A DNA stretch of 64,000 nucleotides from an uncultured Chlamydiae bacterium (GCA_963790215.1 CAWBNS010000013.1:54000-117999); one strand, 5' to 3'. Shown: positions 32,345-43,268, counted from the first letter of the stretch. The notes: generated by a model not told the origin, from the sequence alone. Translations and numbers: made by a program.

Positions 32345-32994
32345 TAAACCTTCAGAGATGGTTCCTTACTTTCATTCAGATCCTTCACAATGTAGTAAAT
32401 GATCGCACTGATGATTGCAGCAAAGAAGCACCAAACAGACGTAAACGTGTGCCAGTAAAAAAAGAACGTAATTATAAATGAAATTGCACCTACAAAGGCG
32501 CACAGATATCCATAGCGGCTCGAAGAGATCGCCCAGGGCATACTAACAAGGATCAGATAGAGGGGACCTTCTTTGGGAAGCGTATTGGTGTACTGAATAC
32601 TGTGTTCTACAATACGAGCCCCCATGCCTTGATTGAACAGGTAGAAAAAGTTAAAGACGCTTAAGCCTAAACCTGCAAGTACGAATCCGTAAAGGACACG
32701 CTTACGTTGTCGATTGTGTTCTACCTGTGACAACGCAAAGGGAAACAACCAAGGCCAAGTACAAAAGGCTAAAATTAGAAAGGCGTATCTTGCAACACAT
32801 TCGATGCCACAGCCTGTCCAGTTATTGGTAAGCCCTATCCACAAAATCCCTTCGGAAGCCTGTTGCAAGGCGAATAGAAGCGGGAGAGCAGCTAACCAAT
32901 ACTGGGAGCGCTCCCTCACCTGCATGGCCGTTGCTACGCCTATTCCCGTCAAAATTATGGCTGCACCAAAACTCACTTCTGCCGAATAGCACAT
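32344..32994 (-). CDS. Polytopic integral membrane protein, unknown function
   Basis: Six or more hydrophobic segments. ATG 32994 (MCYSAEVSFGAAIIL) is preferred over the listed 33048. Confidence 0.5.
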   Translation of the reverse strand: MCYSAEVSFGAAIILTGIGVATAMQVRERSQYWLAALPLLFALQQASEGILWIGLTNNWTGCGIECVARYAFLILAFCTWPWLFPFALSQVEHNRQRKRVLYGFVLAGLGLSVFNFFYLFNQGMGARIVEHSIQYTNTLPKEGPLYLILVSMPWAISSSRYGYLCAFVGAISFIITFFFYWHTFTSVWCFFAAIISAIIYYIVKDLNESKEPSLKV

Positions 32995-33082
32995 AAATCC
33001 TCTCCTATATTGAATTCTCAACTTGCGCGAAAAGACGATCGCTGTCAAGTTTTCTGGTTAAGTTTATAGGAGTGAACGGTAA

Positions 33083-34445
33083 ATGAAAAAACGAAAACTT
33101 TTTCTGCTCGTACTTACATTTAGTTTTTTGCTTCTTCTGTCTGGAGGGGCTTTTCTTGCTTTTCGATACCGCGTGGCACCGACAGCCTATGTTTCGGTAA
33201 CCGAGGCCATCTTAGCCGAGTATCCGGAGGACCCTACGCCTCGCAGCGCTTTGTCTAATCGTTATATGGGCCGCAATCTATGGGTAGCACAAAAGGATGC
33301 GCATCACTTTGACCTAGCTTTTGAAGCGCAAGACGATGCTCATGTCGCGACCATTGTTCTCAAAGATATCGAGTTAGAACTTCTGGTGCCCACCATTCCT
33401 CACTGGATTATGGGCGAGAACGAGTTGGAAAAAATCGCATTAGCTGAACGTGGTTGGAATCGTCAGCATGTGATTTTTTCTCCCAATTCCGCCCATTCTA
33501 GAAATTGTGGGTGGAGATGGAGTAGAGCGCAATCAACTCACGGCAGCTCATCTGATTTGTAATGGGTTGCCGGCCGGAGAGTGGGCGCTAGAGCTGTATA
33601 CGACAGAAAATGGCCAGCCCTCGCTCTACTATCGTGGTTGGTTCTCTTTACCGTTAGGTCGTTATAAGGATTTATTCGAAAAAGTGAATGGCACCTCCTA
33701 CTGGTGGCATAGACAACGGTTGGAAAGATGGGCGGATCTTTCAGGTACACACATAGACGTGACTCAGTTACGCACGATGATTGCTGAAGTAGAGCCTCGC
33801 TGTGAATGCCCTCTCGATGAGGCGATACTAGTGGGAGGAGAACAGGCGAACAAATTGAAATTACTCAATACAATAAATTTATTCAGCTGGAAAGATCTCA
33901 GGGAACATCCGCAATCTTTACGGTTTGCGCGCTTTGTTTCACCAGGTCGATATACTGCTGCTGAATGGCAAGGTCACGAACTCTATCGTATCGCTAATTT
34001 TGACCGCGCCTTCGTGCGCAGAGTGCGCGGCATAGGAAGTAGGGAGATAGCACATGAACTCGAATTGGTCTTTCGCGCATCTGACAAGGAAGCTTCCTTA
34101 CATCGATTGCTGATAAGCGGAATCGATGTGCAGGCCTTGCCGCAATTGCGAGCAAAAGACTATCACCGCGGATGGCAAATGCCTCTTGGTATCAGCGTAG
34201 CACCATCGGCACAAACTTATGAACAACTGAAAGACCAACCCGCTCATCTTTCTTCCTACTTCAGTCTTTTGTTAGATGAAAACGGTTTGTGGGTAGATCA
34301 TCGAAAAGCGGGTATCGACGGTATTGTTCTTCATCGCGACGCCTCTGATGAAACAGTTCTGCACGCGCATCTTCTCGGATATGAACGTCAAGCAGCTGTC
34401 GGCCACTATGTCATCTTCCTAGGAACTAAAGTCGTGCGACAATGA
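33083..34445 (+). pseudogene. Membrane-anchored hypothetical protein split by a frameshift in a T6 run
   Basis: ORFs 33083-33562 and 33507-34445 overlap. Removing one T from tttttt at 33474-33479 gives a continuous ..RQHVIFLPIPPILEIVGGDGVERNQLTAAHLICNGL... Confidence 0.6.
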
Positions 34446-34816
34446 TACGCCCTGAAAAAGTAGCTGAACTAAAAGCACGCATGGAGCGTTTATTCATTCA
34501 AGAAAACGACCTCACCGAGAAATTCATTACAGGAAGTGGATCTGGTGGCCAAAAAATCAACAAAACCAGTTCGTGCGTCTACCTCAAGCATGAACCGACC
34601 GGGTTCGAAGTCAAATGCCAAAAAGAGCGGTCACGCGAACTGAATCGTTTCCTTGCACGCAGAGAACTCTGTGACAAAATCGAATCACAAATTCATGGGA
34701 TCAAAACGAAAAAAGAATTGGCTGCAGATAAAATTCGCAAGCAGAAGAAGCGACGTCGTGCTAAGGTAAAAAAAATAGTCCTACAGGAGACTCCCCATGA
34801 AAGCAGCGATCATTGA
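34442..34816 (+). CDS. RF-1-domain GGQ protein (ArfB/peptidyl-tRNA hydrolase-like)
   Basis: GSGSGGQKINKTSSCVYLKH GGQ motif and a basic C-terminal tail KIRKQKKRRRAKVKK. Confidence 0.7.
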   Translation: MIRPEKVAELKARMERLFIQENDLTEKFITGSGSGGQKINKTSSCVYLKHEPTGFEVKCQKERSRELNRFLARRELCDKIESQIHGIKTKKELAADKIRKQKKRRRAKVKKIVLQETPHESSDH

Positions 34817-35744
34817 AGCATTCGGCGATTTAGATAAAGTCATGCTCAAGGATATCCCTGAACCTATTCCTGGCGATGAGGAAGTACTGATTTCCCTGTC
34901 CTATGCAGGAGTCAATCCTGTTGATGGGAAGATTGTAAAAGGGTTACTTAAAGATCGCATGCCGTACCAATTCCCCATCGTACTAGGTTGGGATGGTGCT
35001 GGCGAAGTGACAGCCGTAGGCAAGGCAGTGACAAACATAAAACCTGGTGACAAAGTGCATGCCTATTTTCGCAAACCAGAAATCCGTTGGGGAACATTCT
35101 GTGAACGCGCAACTTGCTTGGCAAAAGATGTGGCGGTAGTTCCCGCAAAACTTAGTATGCAAGAAGCTGCTGTCATCCCGTTGTCAGCACTCACAGCTTG
35201 GCAGGCTCTCTTCGACACAGCACACCTAAAGGCTGGTGAAACAATTCTCATCCACGCTGGGGCCGGCGGCGTCGGAGGCTATGCGATTCAGTTAGCGAAA
35301 AACGCAGGCGCGAAAGTTTATACCACCGCAACAGGAGCTAACCACTCTTACGTTACTAAACTCGGCGCTGATGTCGCAATCGACTACACCAAAGAATCCG
35401 TGACGCAGAGAATAAAAAAAGATCACCCAGAAGGAGTCGATGTCGTTTTCGATACCCTCGGAGGAACCGCCTATAAAGAAGCCTTCGAACAGGTAACGCC
35501 TCAAGGACGGATCGTGAGCCTCCTCGCCCACCCAGATCCAGCACTAATCAAAAATCGACAAATCAGCGCCTCCTACGTATTCGTAACCCCTAACGGAAAA
35601 CAACTCGCCGAAATAGATCAGCTGATCAATAGTGGTAAACTCGTTCCACCACATGTCGAGGTTTTACCCCTAGAGGACGTAACCGAGGCCATGAGAAAGG
35701 TCGAAGAAGGACACGTCAGAGGTAAGATAGCGTTAAGAATCTAG
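34797..35744 (+). CDS. Zinc-type alcohol dehydrogenase / NADPH:quinone oxidoreductase family protein
   Basis: MDR fold with GVNPVDGK and the nucleotide-binding motif IHAGAGGVGGYAIQLAK. Confidence 0.75.
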   Translation: MKAAIIEAFGDLDKVMLKDIPEPIPGDEEVLISLSYAGVNPVDGKIVKGLLKDRMPYQFPIVLGWDGAGEVTAVGKAVTNIKPGDKVHAYFRKPEIRWGTFCERATCLAKDVAVVPAKLSMQEAAVIPLSALTAWQALFDTAHLKAGETILIHAGAGGVGGYAIQLAKNAGAKVYTTATGANHSYVTKLGADVAIDYTKESVTQRIKKDHPEGVDVVFDTLGGTAYKEAFEQVTPQGRIVSLLAHPDPALIKNRQISASYVFVTPNGKQLAEIDQLINSGKLVPPHVEVLPLEDVTEAMRKVEEGHVRGKIALRI

Positions 35745-35829
35745 AGGCGTCTACGGCGCAAGTTTTTGTGAGACTAACTATGGACTAGCTGGACAGGGTA
35801 TGCCTTACCTGCGCGCGGGAGCGCGCTAC

Positions 35830-35867
35830 AAAAAAAGGGTTCTCTCTCCCAGTCGGTTTGAGAACCC
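35830..35867 (-). terminator. Intrinsic terminator for the DUF4383 gene
   Basis: On the minus strand, gggttctc-(15 nt)-gagaaccc is followed by TTTTTTT, about 30 nt after the stop at 35896. Confidence 0.6.
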
Positions 35868-35895
35868 AAAAGATCGGACAGAAATGAGCGAGCTG

Positions 35896-36264
35896 CTAAG
35901 CTCGATGGCACTTCCAGCAAAAGCCAAGATAAAGAGCAGCCGCACCAGTAACGAGGTGCAATATTGTATCGGCAAAATTATTCGCGATCATCCCCATTAG
36001 CATTGCGTCACCTGAGTAAAAACCCATGGCAGCAACTAGTAAGTAAACAATACCAAATATGCGCAGGAAAAGTGCTGGCCAGTAAGAATCTGCAAACCCA
36101 GCAAGAATCCCTGCCACCCCAGTAAACAGGTGAATCATGTTATGCATATGGTTTACAGCAAAAATTCCTAAAAGCTTTCCATCGTGAATCGCTGCCGGTA
36201 CAAAACCAAGAATACCTATGGCTAGGAAGACAAAGCCAAATATATACGCCCATGTTTTGACCAT
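35896..36264 (-). CDS. DUF4383-like small membrane protein
   Basis: MVKTWAYIFGFVFLAIGILGFVP with four hydrophobic helices. Confidence 0.55.
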   Translation of the reverse strand: MVKTWAYIFGFVFLAIGILGFVPAAIHDGKLLGIFAVNHMHNMIHLFTGVAGILAGFADSYWPALFLRIFGIVYLLVAAMGFYSGDAMLMGMIANNFADTILHLVTGAAALYLGFCWKCHRA

Positions 36265-36416
36265 TTATTCCTCCTTAATTTAATTAGGTTAATAATCTTG
36301 CAAATCTCCACACTCATTTTATGAAATTAAAAGATTAAATTACAATTAATTAATAATCAACAGCTTAACATATTCAACAATTTTCAAAAACCAAGCCGCA
36401 GGACTCCTAAATAACC

Positions 36417-36516
36417 AATCATGAGCGTCTCTGTGCACTCTGTGGTGATTAATTTTTCAATAGTGTTTCAAAATTTTACCACAGGGATCACAGAGTGCAC
36501 AGAGACGCTCATGATT
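36417..36516. repeat. Hairpin element (CACAGAG units), ~30-39-bp arms
   Basis: aatcatgagcgtctctgtgcactctgtggt pairs with accacagggatcacagagtgcacagagacgctcatgatt. It uses the same unit type as the outer element at 4385-5022. Confidence 0.8.
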
Positions 36517-36645
36517 TTCTTACTTTTTGTTATTTTTACCATTTAAAGGTACTCGGTGGTGACGAAAGAACTGTCCCCCTTCTTACTTGCGGATATTCCA
36601 GGGGGCCAACTATATTCCGTTTGATGTTCAACAGGAGATTTTGCA

Positions 36646-37647
36646 ATGACTAGAGGTGTTGTGAGAGTAGCGGTCACGGGTGGAGCGGGGCAAATTGCCT
36701 ATAATTTGCTGTTTCGTATTGCTGCAGGAGAGATGTTTGGCCCAGATCAACCGGTAGCGCTGCATATTCTAGAACTTCCCGAGGTGATTAACGCACTGGA
36801 AGGGGTTAAAATGGAGCTAGAGGATTGCGCATTTCCCCTGCTTCAAGAGGTGCGCATAGGTTCTGACCCAATGGAAATTTTCCGTGATGTCGACTACGCA
36901 CTCCTGGTGGGCGCTAAGCCACGCGGGCCTGGAATGGAACGAGGCGATCTTTTGAATGAAAACGGCAAGATCTTTGTCGCCCAGGGAAAAGCGATCGACG
37001 CGGTCGCAAGCCCCAATGTAAAGGTTTTGGTCGTGGGAAATCCGTGCAATACCAACGCCTTGATTGCCTTGCATCAGGCAAAGCGGATTCCCAGAAATCA
37101 CTTTTTTGCCATGACACGCCTGGATGAAAATCGCGCAAAAGCACAGCTTTCGCAGAAGGCGAAAAAGCCTGTAGGCGAAGTCTCCAATCTCGCCATATGG
37201 GGCAACCACTCCGCCACACAGGTACCCGCCTATCATCATGGTAAAGTTGGCAACCAACTTGTAACGGACCTAATTCACGATCAGAAATGGTTGCAGGACG
37301 ATTTTTTTTCCTCTGTACAAAAGCGCGGAGCAAAAATTATCGAAGCGCGTGGCAAATCTTCGGCCGCCTCAGCAGCACACGCGGTGATTGACACCATAAA
37401 GTCGCTTACGCAACCTACAAAGCCGGGCGACTGGTTTTCTGTTGGTGTATACAGCAGCGGCAATCCCTATTCGATCGATCCTGATCTGGTTTTTTCGTTC
37501 CCCTGTCGCCTGAATAGCCGTGGAGATGTGGAAATCGTATCTGGCCTGAACTGGGATCCGTTTTTGACGGAGAAAATTAAAGCTTCTGAGCGCGAATTGC
37601 TAGAAGAACGAAAGATCATCTTGGGCTCAACATCCGTAGGGGTATAA
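36646..37647 (+). CDS. mdh: Malate dehydrogenase (LDH-like type 2)
   Basis: Motifs [38 protein letters not shown] and IWGNHS. Confidence 0.9.
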   Translation: MTRGVVRVAVTGGAGQIAYNLLFRIAAGEMFGPDQPVALHILELPEVINALEGVKMELEDCAFPLLQEVRIGSDPMEIFRDVDYALLVGAKPRGPGMERGDLLNENGKIFVAQGKAIDAVASPNVKVLVVGNPCNTNALIALHQAKRIPRNHFFAMTRLDENRAKAQLSQKAKKPVGEVSNLAIWGNHSATQVPAYHHGKVGNQLVTDLIHDQKWLQDDFFSSVQKRGAKIIEARGKSSAASAAHAVIDTIKSLTQPTKPGDWFSVGVYSSGNPYSIDPDLVFSFPCRLNSRGDVEIVSGLNWDPFLTEKIKASERELLEERKIILGSTSVGV

Positions 37648-37649
37648 CC

Positions 37650-38813
37650 ATGGCAAAGGTTTTGATGGAAATCACTGACGAACATCTAGAAACAGGAATG
37701 CGAGGATACCCTGTAGGTTATTGTTCTACCTCCACAGTAGATCCAGAGAAGGGATTATATTATGCTGGCCGACCCTTGACTGAAATGACCGATTGGCAGC
37801 CGGAACAAGTGATCTATCTACTCTATTTCGGAAAAGAGGGCACCAAAGAAGAGGTCGCCCAATTCTCGCGCGAGTTAAAGCGTCGGATGCCCTGTGATCC
37901 TGGTACTTTAGAACATATCTACAAGCTGCCTCGCAAAGGTCATCCGATGAATATGCTGTGTGCAGCGCTGCTGATTGAAGGGGCGCTAGAATGCACAGAT
38001 GACTATCGAGAAGACTGCCTCAATGCGATTGCGCGCATCCCTGAAATCGCGGCGGCTGTGATCAATCATCACGCTGGCTGGGGGGAAAATAATCCATCAA
38101 AACCTGAGCTTGGCTACATGGAAAATTTCACCCAAATGCTGCGTGTACCTAACGCTAAACATGACGAGCTCACAGAAGCTTTCCGTCTTTTTAACGTGTT
38201 GCACTATGATCATGGCGGGGGCAACCTCTCTGCATTTGTAGGAAAAGCAGTTGCCTCTGGCTTGGAAGACATGTACGGCTGCCTAGCCGCAGCTATGGCA
38301 GCACTCGCAGGTCCACGGCATGGAAGAGCCAACCAGGACTGTTTAGAAATGGTTGAAGAAGCCTTGCATGATGTTGGCCCAGAAGCAACCGCCGAGCAAG
38401 TGGAGGCTTGGGTACGCGCTCGGCTTGCTCAAGAAAAACTCATCTTCGGCTTTGGCCACGCCGTATTGCGCGTGGAAGACCCTCGCGCCACCGTCCTCAG
38501 AACTGTTGCACAAAAGAAATTCTCCTCACACCCCTACGTCAAGATGGTCACGCACTTGCGTGAAATGGGCGAAAAAGTTCTCAGTGAAAATCCTAAAATA
38601 TCCAATCCACATGTAAACGTAGACTCGGTTTCAGGCGCCTTTTTGTATGTAGCAGGATTCCCTTATCCCGAGTATTTTACGGTGCTATTTGGATTAGCGC
38701 GCGTGGTTGGAATCTCCATCCAAATCGTATACGAACGAGTAGACGCGCGAGGGGGAAAAGGCACGCCGATCGTAAGACCGAAATATTTGTATAAACCTAG
38801 AGAAGCAAAATGA
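37650..38813 (+). CDS. Citrate synthase family protein
   Basis: Motifs GFGHAVLRVEDPR and LHYDHGGGNLS. I cannot distinguish citrate from 2-methylcitrate specificity. Confidence 0.8.
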   Translation: MAKVLMEITDEHLETGMRGYPVGYCSTSTVDPEKGLYYAGRPLTEMTDWQPEQVIYLLYFGKEGTKEEVAQFSRELKRRMPCDPGTLEHIYKLPRKGHPMNMLCAALLIEGALECTDDYREDCLNAIARIPEIAAAVINHHAGWGENNPSKPELGYMENFTQMLRVPNAKHDELTEAFRLFNVLHYDHGGGNLSAFVGKAVASGLEDMYGCLAAAMAALAGPRHGRANQDCLEMVEEALHDVGPEATAEQVEAWVRARLAQEKLIFGFGHAVLRVEDPRATVLRTVAQKKFSSHPYVKMVTHLREMGEKVLSENPKISNPHVNVDSVSGAFLYVAGFPYPEYFTVLFGLARVVGISIQIVYERVDARGGKGTPIVRPKYLYKPREAK

Positions 38814-39646
38814 ATTGGACCGACCTACAGCGTATATTTGACCGCGCAATCCTTCTAACAATGAATCTGAAGAAACTTCTTTTCGCCTGCTGTGTGCTTG
38901 TTTTGGCTGGCTTATTGGTGGTATTTTTCCGCGGTATGGCTGTTGAAGCCGGCAACTGGGCGACGCAGAGCCTCACGTTTATGGCGATCTTCCTTTGTGC
39001 GGCGATCGTCATGGCGGGTGGAATTGTGCTCATACGTGTGTATCATGACGAGGTCAAACACAAGCCTGTGAGCTACCGGCAGATCGTCATGCGCTCCTGG
39101 CATTTGCAAGTAGGCGCAGCCTATTTTACCGTGCCCATTATTCTAGCGTACATCGTATTGTGGACGCTTTTAGGCTTTTTCTCTCTTTTAAACAGCCTGC
39201 CAGGGATCGGTGGTTTTTTTGCCGTTGTCTTAGCGCCCGCGCCATTTTTGATTCACCTTGGCGCCGTCTTGTTGTGCGTATTGACGGTGGGCATTCTCTT
39301 TTATGTTACCCCCATTGTCGCGCTGCGAGGCATCAATCATCTCCGTGTTTCACGCTTACTAGTCGAACGTCTCAAAACCGATATTTTGGGTAATCTCGCA
39401 ATGCTGTTGCTAGCATCTGCCCCTTTACTCCTGATTTTTGCCCTGTTGTCTATCGCAGGTGAACTAACTGGTTCTGCCGGATTCACAAGCCATGACCCTC
39501 TGCAGAATGTCATGCAGTGGTTCTTTATTATGCTTCCCTATGTCGCTCTGGTATCCCCAGGGGTCGTGTTTTTCTTTAATTTTGCCGCCGAAGCGCACGT
39601 TTATTTCCAACGTCATGGGCGACATGAAGAGGGTTCTACAATATGA
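38810..39646 (+). CDS. Polytopic membrane protein, unknown function
   Basis: ATGA overlap with the upstream gene and multiple hydrophobic helices. Confidence 0.5.
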   Translation: MNWTDLQRIFDRAILLTMNLKKLLFACCVLVLAGLLVVFFRGMAVEAGNWATQSLTFMAIFLCAAIVMAGGIVLIRVYHDEVKHKPVSYRQIVMRSWHLQVGAAYFTVPIILAYIVLWTLLGFFSLLNSLPGIGGFFAVVLAPAPFLIHLGAVLLCVLTVGILFYVTPIVALRGINHLRVSRLLVERLKTDILGNLAMLLLASAPLLLIFALLSIAGELTGSAGFTSHDPLQNVMQWFFIMLPYVALVSPGVVFFFNFAAEAHVYFQRHGRHEEGSTI

Positions 39647-41640
39647 AAAAAACCAGCGCCCATGATCTGTTTAAGTTTCGTATTGTTTTCGATCCGCAGC
39701 TATCACCTGACGGTAAACGCGTGTTGTTCACACACAGACAAATTGGCGCAAACAACCGTTACCTGATCAATCTGTGGATCACCTCTGTAGACAATCCAGA
39801 ACCACGCGAATTTACCACAGGATTCAACGACACCCAACCACGGTGGGCCCCAGACGGAACTAAGATCGCTTTTGTCCGGAAAGATGAAAACAGCTGCGGA
39901 CAGCTCTACCAGATCGCTTTCGATGGTGGTGAAGCAATCCCTCTTACAACCTTCCCTGAAGGGCGTATTGTCAGTTACAAATGGTCCCCTAATAATCGTT
40001 GGATCGCTGTAAGTTTTCGCGCAAAAGCCGCAGGTTGGACCGAACGCGATCGAAAAACTCGTCAAGAGTTAGGTCTGAGTGACCCACCCTATGTATTGGA
40101 AAGCCTCTGGTATCGTTATGACGGTGACGGCTATTTTGGCTCCGAAAGACCTACTCTTTACCTCGTTGACGCAACCACCGGTGCCTCAAAGCAAATTTTC
40201 GACTGGGATGTCTTGGGAGGATTTAACTTTGATTTCTCTCCTGATTCTAAAAAATTAGCCATTTCCACGAATCTTGACCCAAAAGCCTTTATTAAACCTT
40301 GGGCCGATCAGATCCTAATCTATGATATTGCGACAGAGCAGAGCGAGCAACTTCCAAATCAATTAACTGGTCGTAAGCTGCGTGTGAGTTGGTCTCCTGA
40401 TGGAAAAAGCCTTGCCTATGCTGGAGCTCCTGGTGAAGAACCGCGCTACACACCAGAGAATATCGAGCTTTGGCTCTATGATTTGTCTTCTCACGAAACG
40501 CGTAGCCTAACCCACGATGCTGACGTATGCCTCACAGCCGCCATTATCGGTGACGTAGCAGACATGAGCGTTGACCCTCACTTTGTCTGGGCGCCGGATA
40601 GCAAGCAGATCTACACCGTCATAGGGCGTGAAGGCCAGAGACACATTGCCTCGGTTAATGTAACCGGAAAGCCAGAACTTAAATACCAAACCTCAGGCAA
40701 TTGGGCCTATGACCTCGGAAACCTAAGCGCAGATGGAACCCGTTGGGCCGCCATACGCCAAAGCCCTACACAACTACCTGAGATGGTCGTTAGCACTCAA
40801 GGCAACGTTAAAGCAATTACTGCGTTGAATCAAGCGGTTATGCAAGAACTCGAGTTAGTCGAACCGCAGATGCATTGGGTAACCTCAGCTGATGGAACAA
40901 AAGTACAAACGTGGGTGATGTCATCGAATGCCGGCAAAGGGCCTGCTGTTCTGCTCGTCCATGGAGGACCACATCTGCAATATGGCATGTCCTTTTTTCA
41001 CGAAGCGCAATTGTTGGCTGCAGAAGGCTTTACCGTGGTGTTTTCCAATCCAAGAGGAAGCAAGGGCTACGGACGCGAATTCTCTTCCGCGATACGTGGT
41101 CGCTGGGGTGTTAAAGACTGGGAAGATCTACAAGCCGTTGCAGGCTTTATGCAATCGCATCCTAACATCGATCCCAACGCCATAGCCATCTCTGGAGGTA
41201 GCTACGGAGGCTATTTAGTCAATTGGGCAATCGGACACTCGGACCTATTCGTGGCCGCCATTTCTGAACGATCAGTCTGCAACTGGCTTAGCCAGTACGG
41301 AACCATGGATGCACCACCTTCGCCTCACAACTATTGGAAAGATGCACCTTGGGAAAACGGCGAAATTTTGTGGAATCAAAGTCCATTAAAATACTTATCC
41401 AAAGCCAAAACACCCACATTGATCATTCATAGTGAAGGCGATTTGCGAGTACCCATAAGCGAAAGCGATCAGCTGTTTACTGCATTGCGCATGCAAGGAA
41501 TACCCGCTCGCTACATTCGCTACCCCGCAACCACCAGCCACCTCCTCTACCGCAGCGGCCCGCCCGATTTGCGCCTGCATCGGCTGGAGCAAATTGTCAT
41601 GTGGCTACGGACATATGTTGGTGCAAACAGCGAAGATTAA
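39643..41640 (+). CDS. S9-family serine peptidase (prolyl oligopeptidase / acylaminoacyl-peptidase-like)
   Basis: A propeller-like N-terminal half, and a C-terminal hydrolase half with the GGSYGGY nucleophile elbow and HSEGDLRV. Confidence 0.85.
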   Translation: MKKTSAHDLFKFRIVFDPQLSPDGKRVLFTHRQIGANNRYLINLWITSVDNPEPREFTTGFNDTQPRWAPDGTKIAFVRKDENSCGQLYQIAFDGGEAIPLTTFPEGRIVSYKWSPNNRWIAVSFRAKAAGWTERDRKTRQELGLSDPPYVLESLWYRYDGDGYFGSERPTLYLVDATTGASKQIFDWDVLGGFNFDFSPDSKKLAISTNLDPKAFIKPWADQILIYDIATEQSEQLPNQLTGRKLRVSWSPDGKSLAYAGAPGEEPRYTPENIELWLYDLSSHETRSLTHDADVCLTAAIIGDVADMSVDPHFVWAPDSKQIYTVIGREGQRHIASVNVTGKPELKYQTSGNWAYDLGNLSADGTRWAAIRQSPTQLPEMVVSTQGNVKAITALNQAVMQELELVEPQMHWVTSADGTKVQTWVMSSNAGKGPAVLLVHGGPHLQYGMSFFHEAQLLAAEGFTVVFSNPRGSKGYGREFSSAIRGRWGVKDWEDLQAVAGFMQSHPNIDPNAIAISGGSYGGYLVNWAIGHSDLFVAAISERSVCNWLSQYGTMDAPPSPHNYWKDAPWENGEILWNQSPLKYLSKAKTPTLIIHSEGDLRVPISESDQLFTALRMQGIPARYIRYPATTSHLLYRSGPPDLRLHRLEQIVMWLRTYVGANSED

Positions 41641-41695
41641 AAGCAAATAAAAGAACGGTGGGTAGTGCCACGCTGTTAGCCTCTCATTTTTTATT

Positions 41696-41723
41696 TTGAC
41701 ATATGTCTTTTTTCTGTTATAAT
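41696..41723 (+). promoter_or_regulatory. Sigma70-like promoter TTGACA-16-TATAAT with an overlapping 10-bp palindrome
   Basis: TTGACA at 41696-41701 and TATAAT at 41718-41723. The palindrome gacatatgtc (41698-41707) is a candidate operator. The site is 23 nt upstream of the toxin ATG. Confidence 0.55.
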
Positions 41724-41745
41724 CAAGGTTATTAATAGGTTGAAG

Positions 41746-42018
41746 ATGTCGCGAAATTGGACTGTAGCGCTTAGTCGAGATGCTGTGAAGCAATACAACA
41801 AACTAAAGCGCAATGGCTCGAAACCAACCATAACCGATGTCATCAACTTACTCATCATAGAAATGGTAAAACAAGGTCCCTATCGAAATAATTGGCCAAA
41901 TTATGGACCCCTAGATGAGGATGAGTTTCACTGTCACCTTAAGAAGGGAAAACCTACTTATGTGGCTTGCTGGAAAGTCATTGATAAAGAGAATCAACTG
42001 ATTGAGGTTTACGCATGA
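41746..42018 (+). CDS. RelE/ParE-superfamily toxin (paralog of 8302-8614)
   Basis: NWPNYGPLDEDEFHCHLKKGKPTYVACWKVIDKENQLIEVYA. It ends about 9 aa earlier than the frameshift-corrected paralog (..IEVYYAGTHEKAPY). ATGA overlap with the antitoxin. Confidence 0.65.
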   Translation: MSRNWTVALSRDAVKQYNKLKRNGSKPTITDVINLLIIEMVKQGPYRNNWPNYGPLDEDEFHCHLKKGKPTYVACWKVIDKENQLIEVYA

Positions 42019-42401
42019 AAGCGCACCATACTAAAGAGAACGCCTGCGAAATCGTCGTAAAGATGCCAGGGGAAAAAGGTGTACTTTCCTACATACCAAC
42101 TAAATTTGTCGGTCATCTCGAAGCCTTTCTCAACAAATACGCAGAACCTGAATCTGTTGATTGGAAAGTTGTTGCTAAAGATCGTATTGCTAAACACAAA
42201 CAAGCAGGAATGGTTCTGCGTGGTGCTCGATTTCGGGAAAGCATATCTCAAAAAGAGCTTGCAAAACTCAGTGGAGTTAGTCAAGACAACATCTCTCGAA
42301 TTGAAAACGGAAAGCGTAAAATTGGGGAAAAAGTAGCGAAGAGGTTAGCCAAGCCTTTAAAAATCAATTATCTCCTGCTGCTAGAAGATAACATCTCTTA
42401 G
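42015..42401 (+). CDS. XRE-family HTH antitoxin
   Basis: HTH segment ISQKELAKLSGVSQDNISRIENGKRKIGEKVAKRLA. The N-terminus MKAHHTKE parallels MRAHMRKH of 8031-8333. Confidence 0.7.
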   Translation: MKAHHTKENACEIVVKMPGEKGVLSYIPTKFVGHLEAFLNKYAEPESVDWKVVAKDRIAKHKQAGMVLRGARFRESISQKELAKLSGVSQDNISRIENGKRKIGEKVAKRLAKPLKINYLLLLEDNIS

Positions 42402-42490
42402 ACGAGGCTTTTGAGCCATAAATCTACGTCTTTTAACCCGAAGCACCCACCAGCCACTCTGCAGCAAATGGGCACTTCGTCTAAATTTTT

Positions 42491-43099
42491 TTATTGCAGC
42501 GTAGGCGTAGTTCTCATTGAAGCATTACTCATACCTTGAGAAAGCCCCTCGGCATGACCTGCAGAATGTCCTTGAGAGTATCCCACAGAACGACCTGCAG
42601 AAAGTCCTTCGTCATATCCGACTTTGTAACCCTCGGCAGACCCTTCCTTACGAACATCGTAGAAAAAGTTATCTAGAAACTCCGATGGCTGCATAGAAAT
42701 GGCAAACAAAATCTGACCATTTTTTGAGTTGTATAGTAAGTGAGTACACTGTCTAAGAACTTTTTCATTCTTAGCATTGGCTAGATCTACTTCAAGGTGA
42801 TCATTTTTTGAAAAGACCTGTATTTCTGCACCTGTGTACCAATCACTCGGAACGCATTCATAATGTTCTGGAATTAGAGAAGCGCTGTTCCACCACTCCG
42901 AAAGCGTTCTCGTTCTTTTCACAAACGTAATCACTTTCCAAAAACTCACGTCCGATAAAATGAAATATCCGTTCGAATTTTTCAGAATTGCTTTTGACGC
43001 AAGAGTCTCAACTCTTTGTAGTTCGCTGGCATTACAAACTGAACAATTCATCGTAATCAGCATTGCAAAAAATACGATTGTCTTGTTTACAAGTTTCAC
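42491..43099 (-). CDS. Hypothetical secreted protein with a Gly-rich periodic C-terminal tail
   Basis: Signal peptide MKLVNKTIVFFAMLITMNCSVCNA. The tail is EGYKVGYDEGLSAGRSVGYSQGHSAGHAEGLSQG. Confidence 0.5.
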   Translation of the reverse strand: MKLVNKTIVFFAMLITMNCSVCNASELQRVETLASKAILKNSNGYFILSDVSFWKVITFVKRTRTLSEWWNSASLIPEHYECVPSDWYTGAEIQVFSKNDHLEVDLANAKNEKVLRQCTHLLYNSKNGQILFAISMQPSEFLDNFFYDVRKEGSAEGYKVGYDEGLSAGRSVGYSQGHSAGHAEGLSQGMSNASMRTTPTLQ

Positions 43100-43268
43100 T
43101 TTTTACCTCCAATTTTTCGGATTAAGTTTACATGTAGCATTCATATATATAGCAAGTTATTCTATCATAAAATTACTTTAAAGTCCAGTTTAATTTTTCT
43201 TTTGACGGATTTACTCATAAAAATTACAGTGTTTAGAATTCCACAAAACCCAAATATGAGGCATAGAA

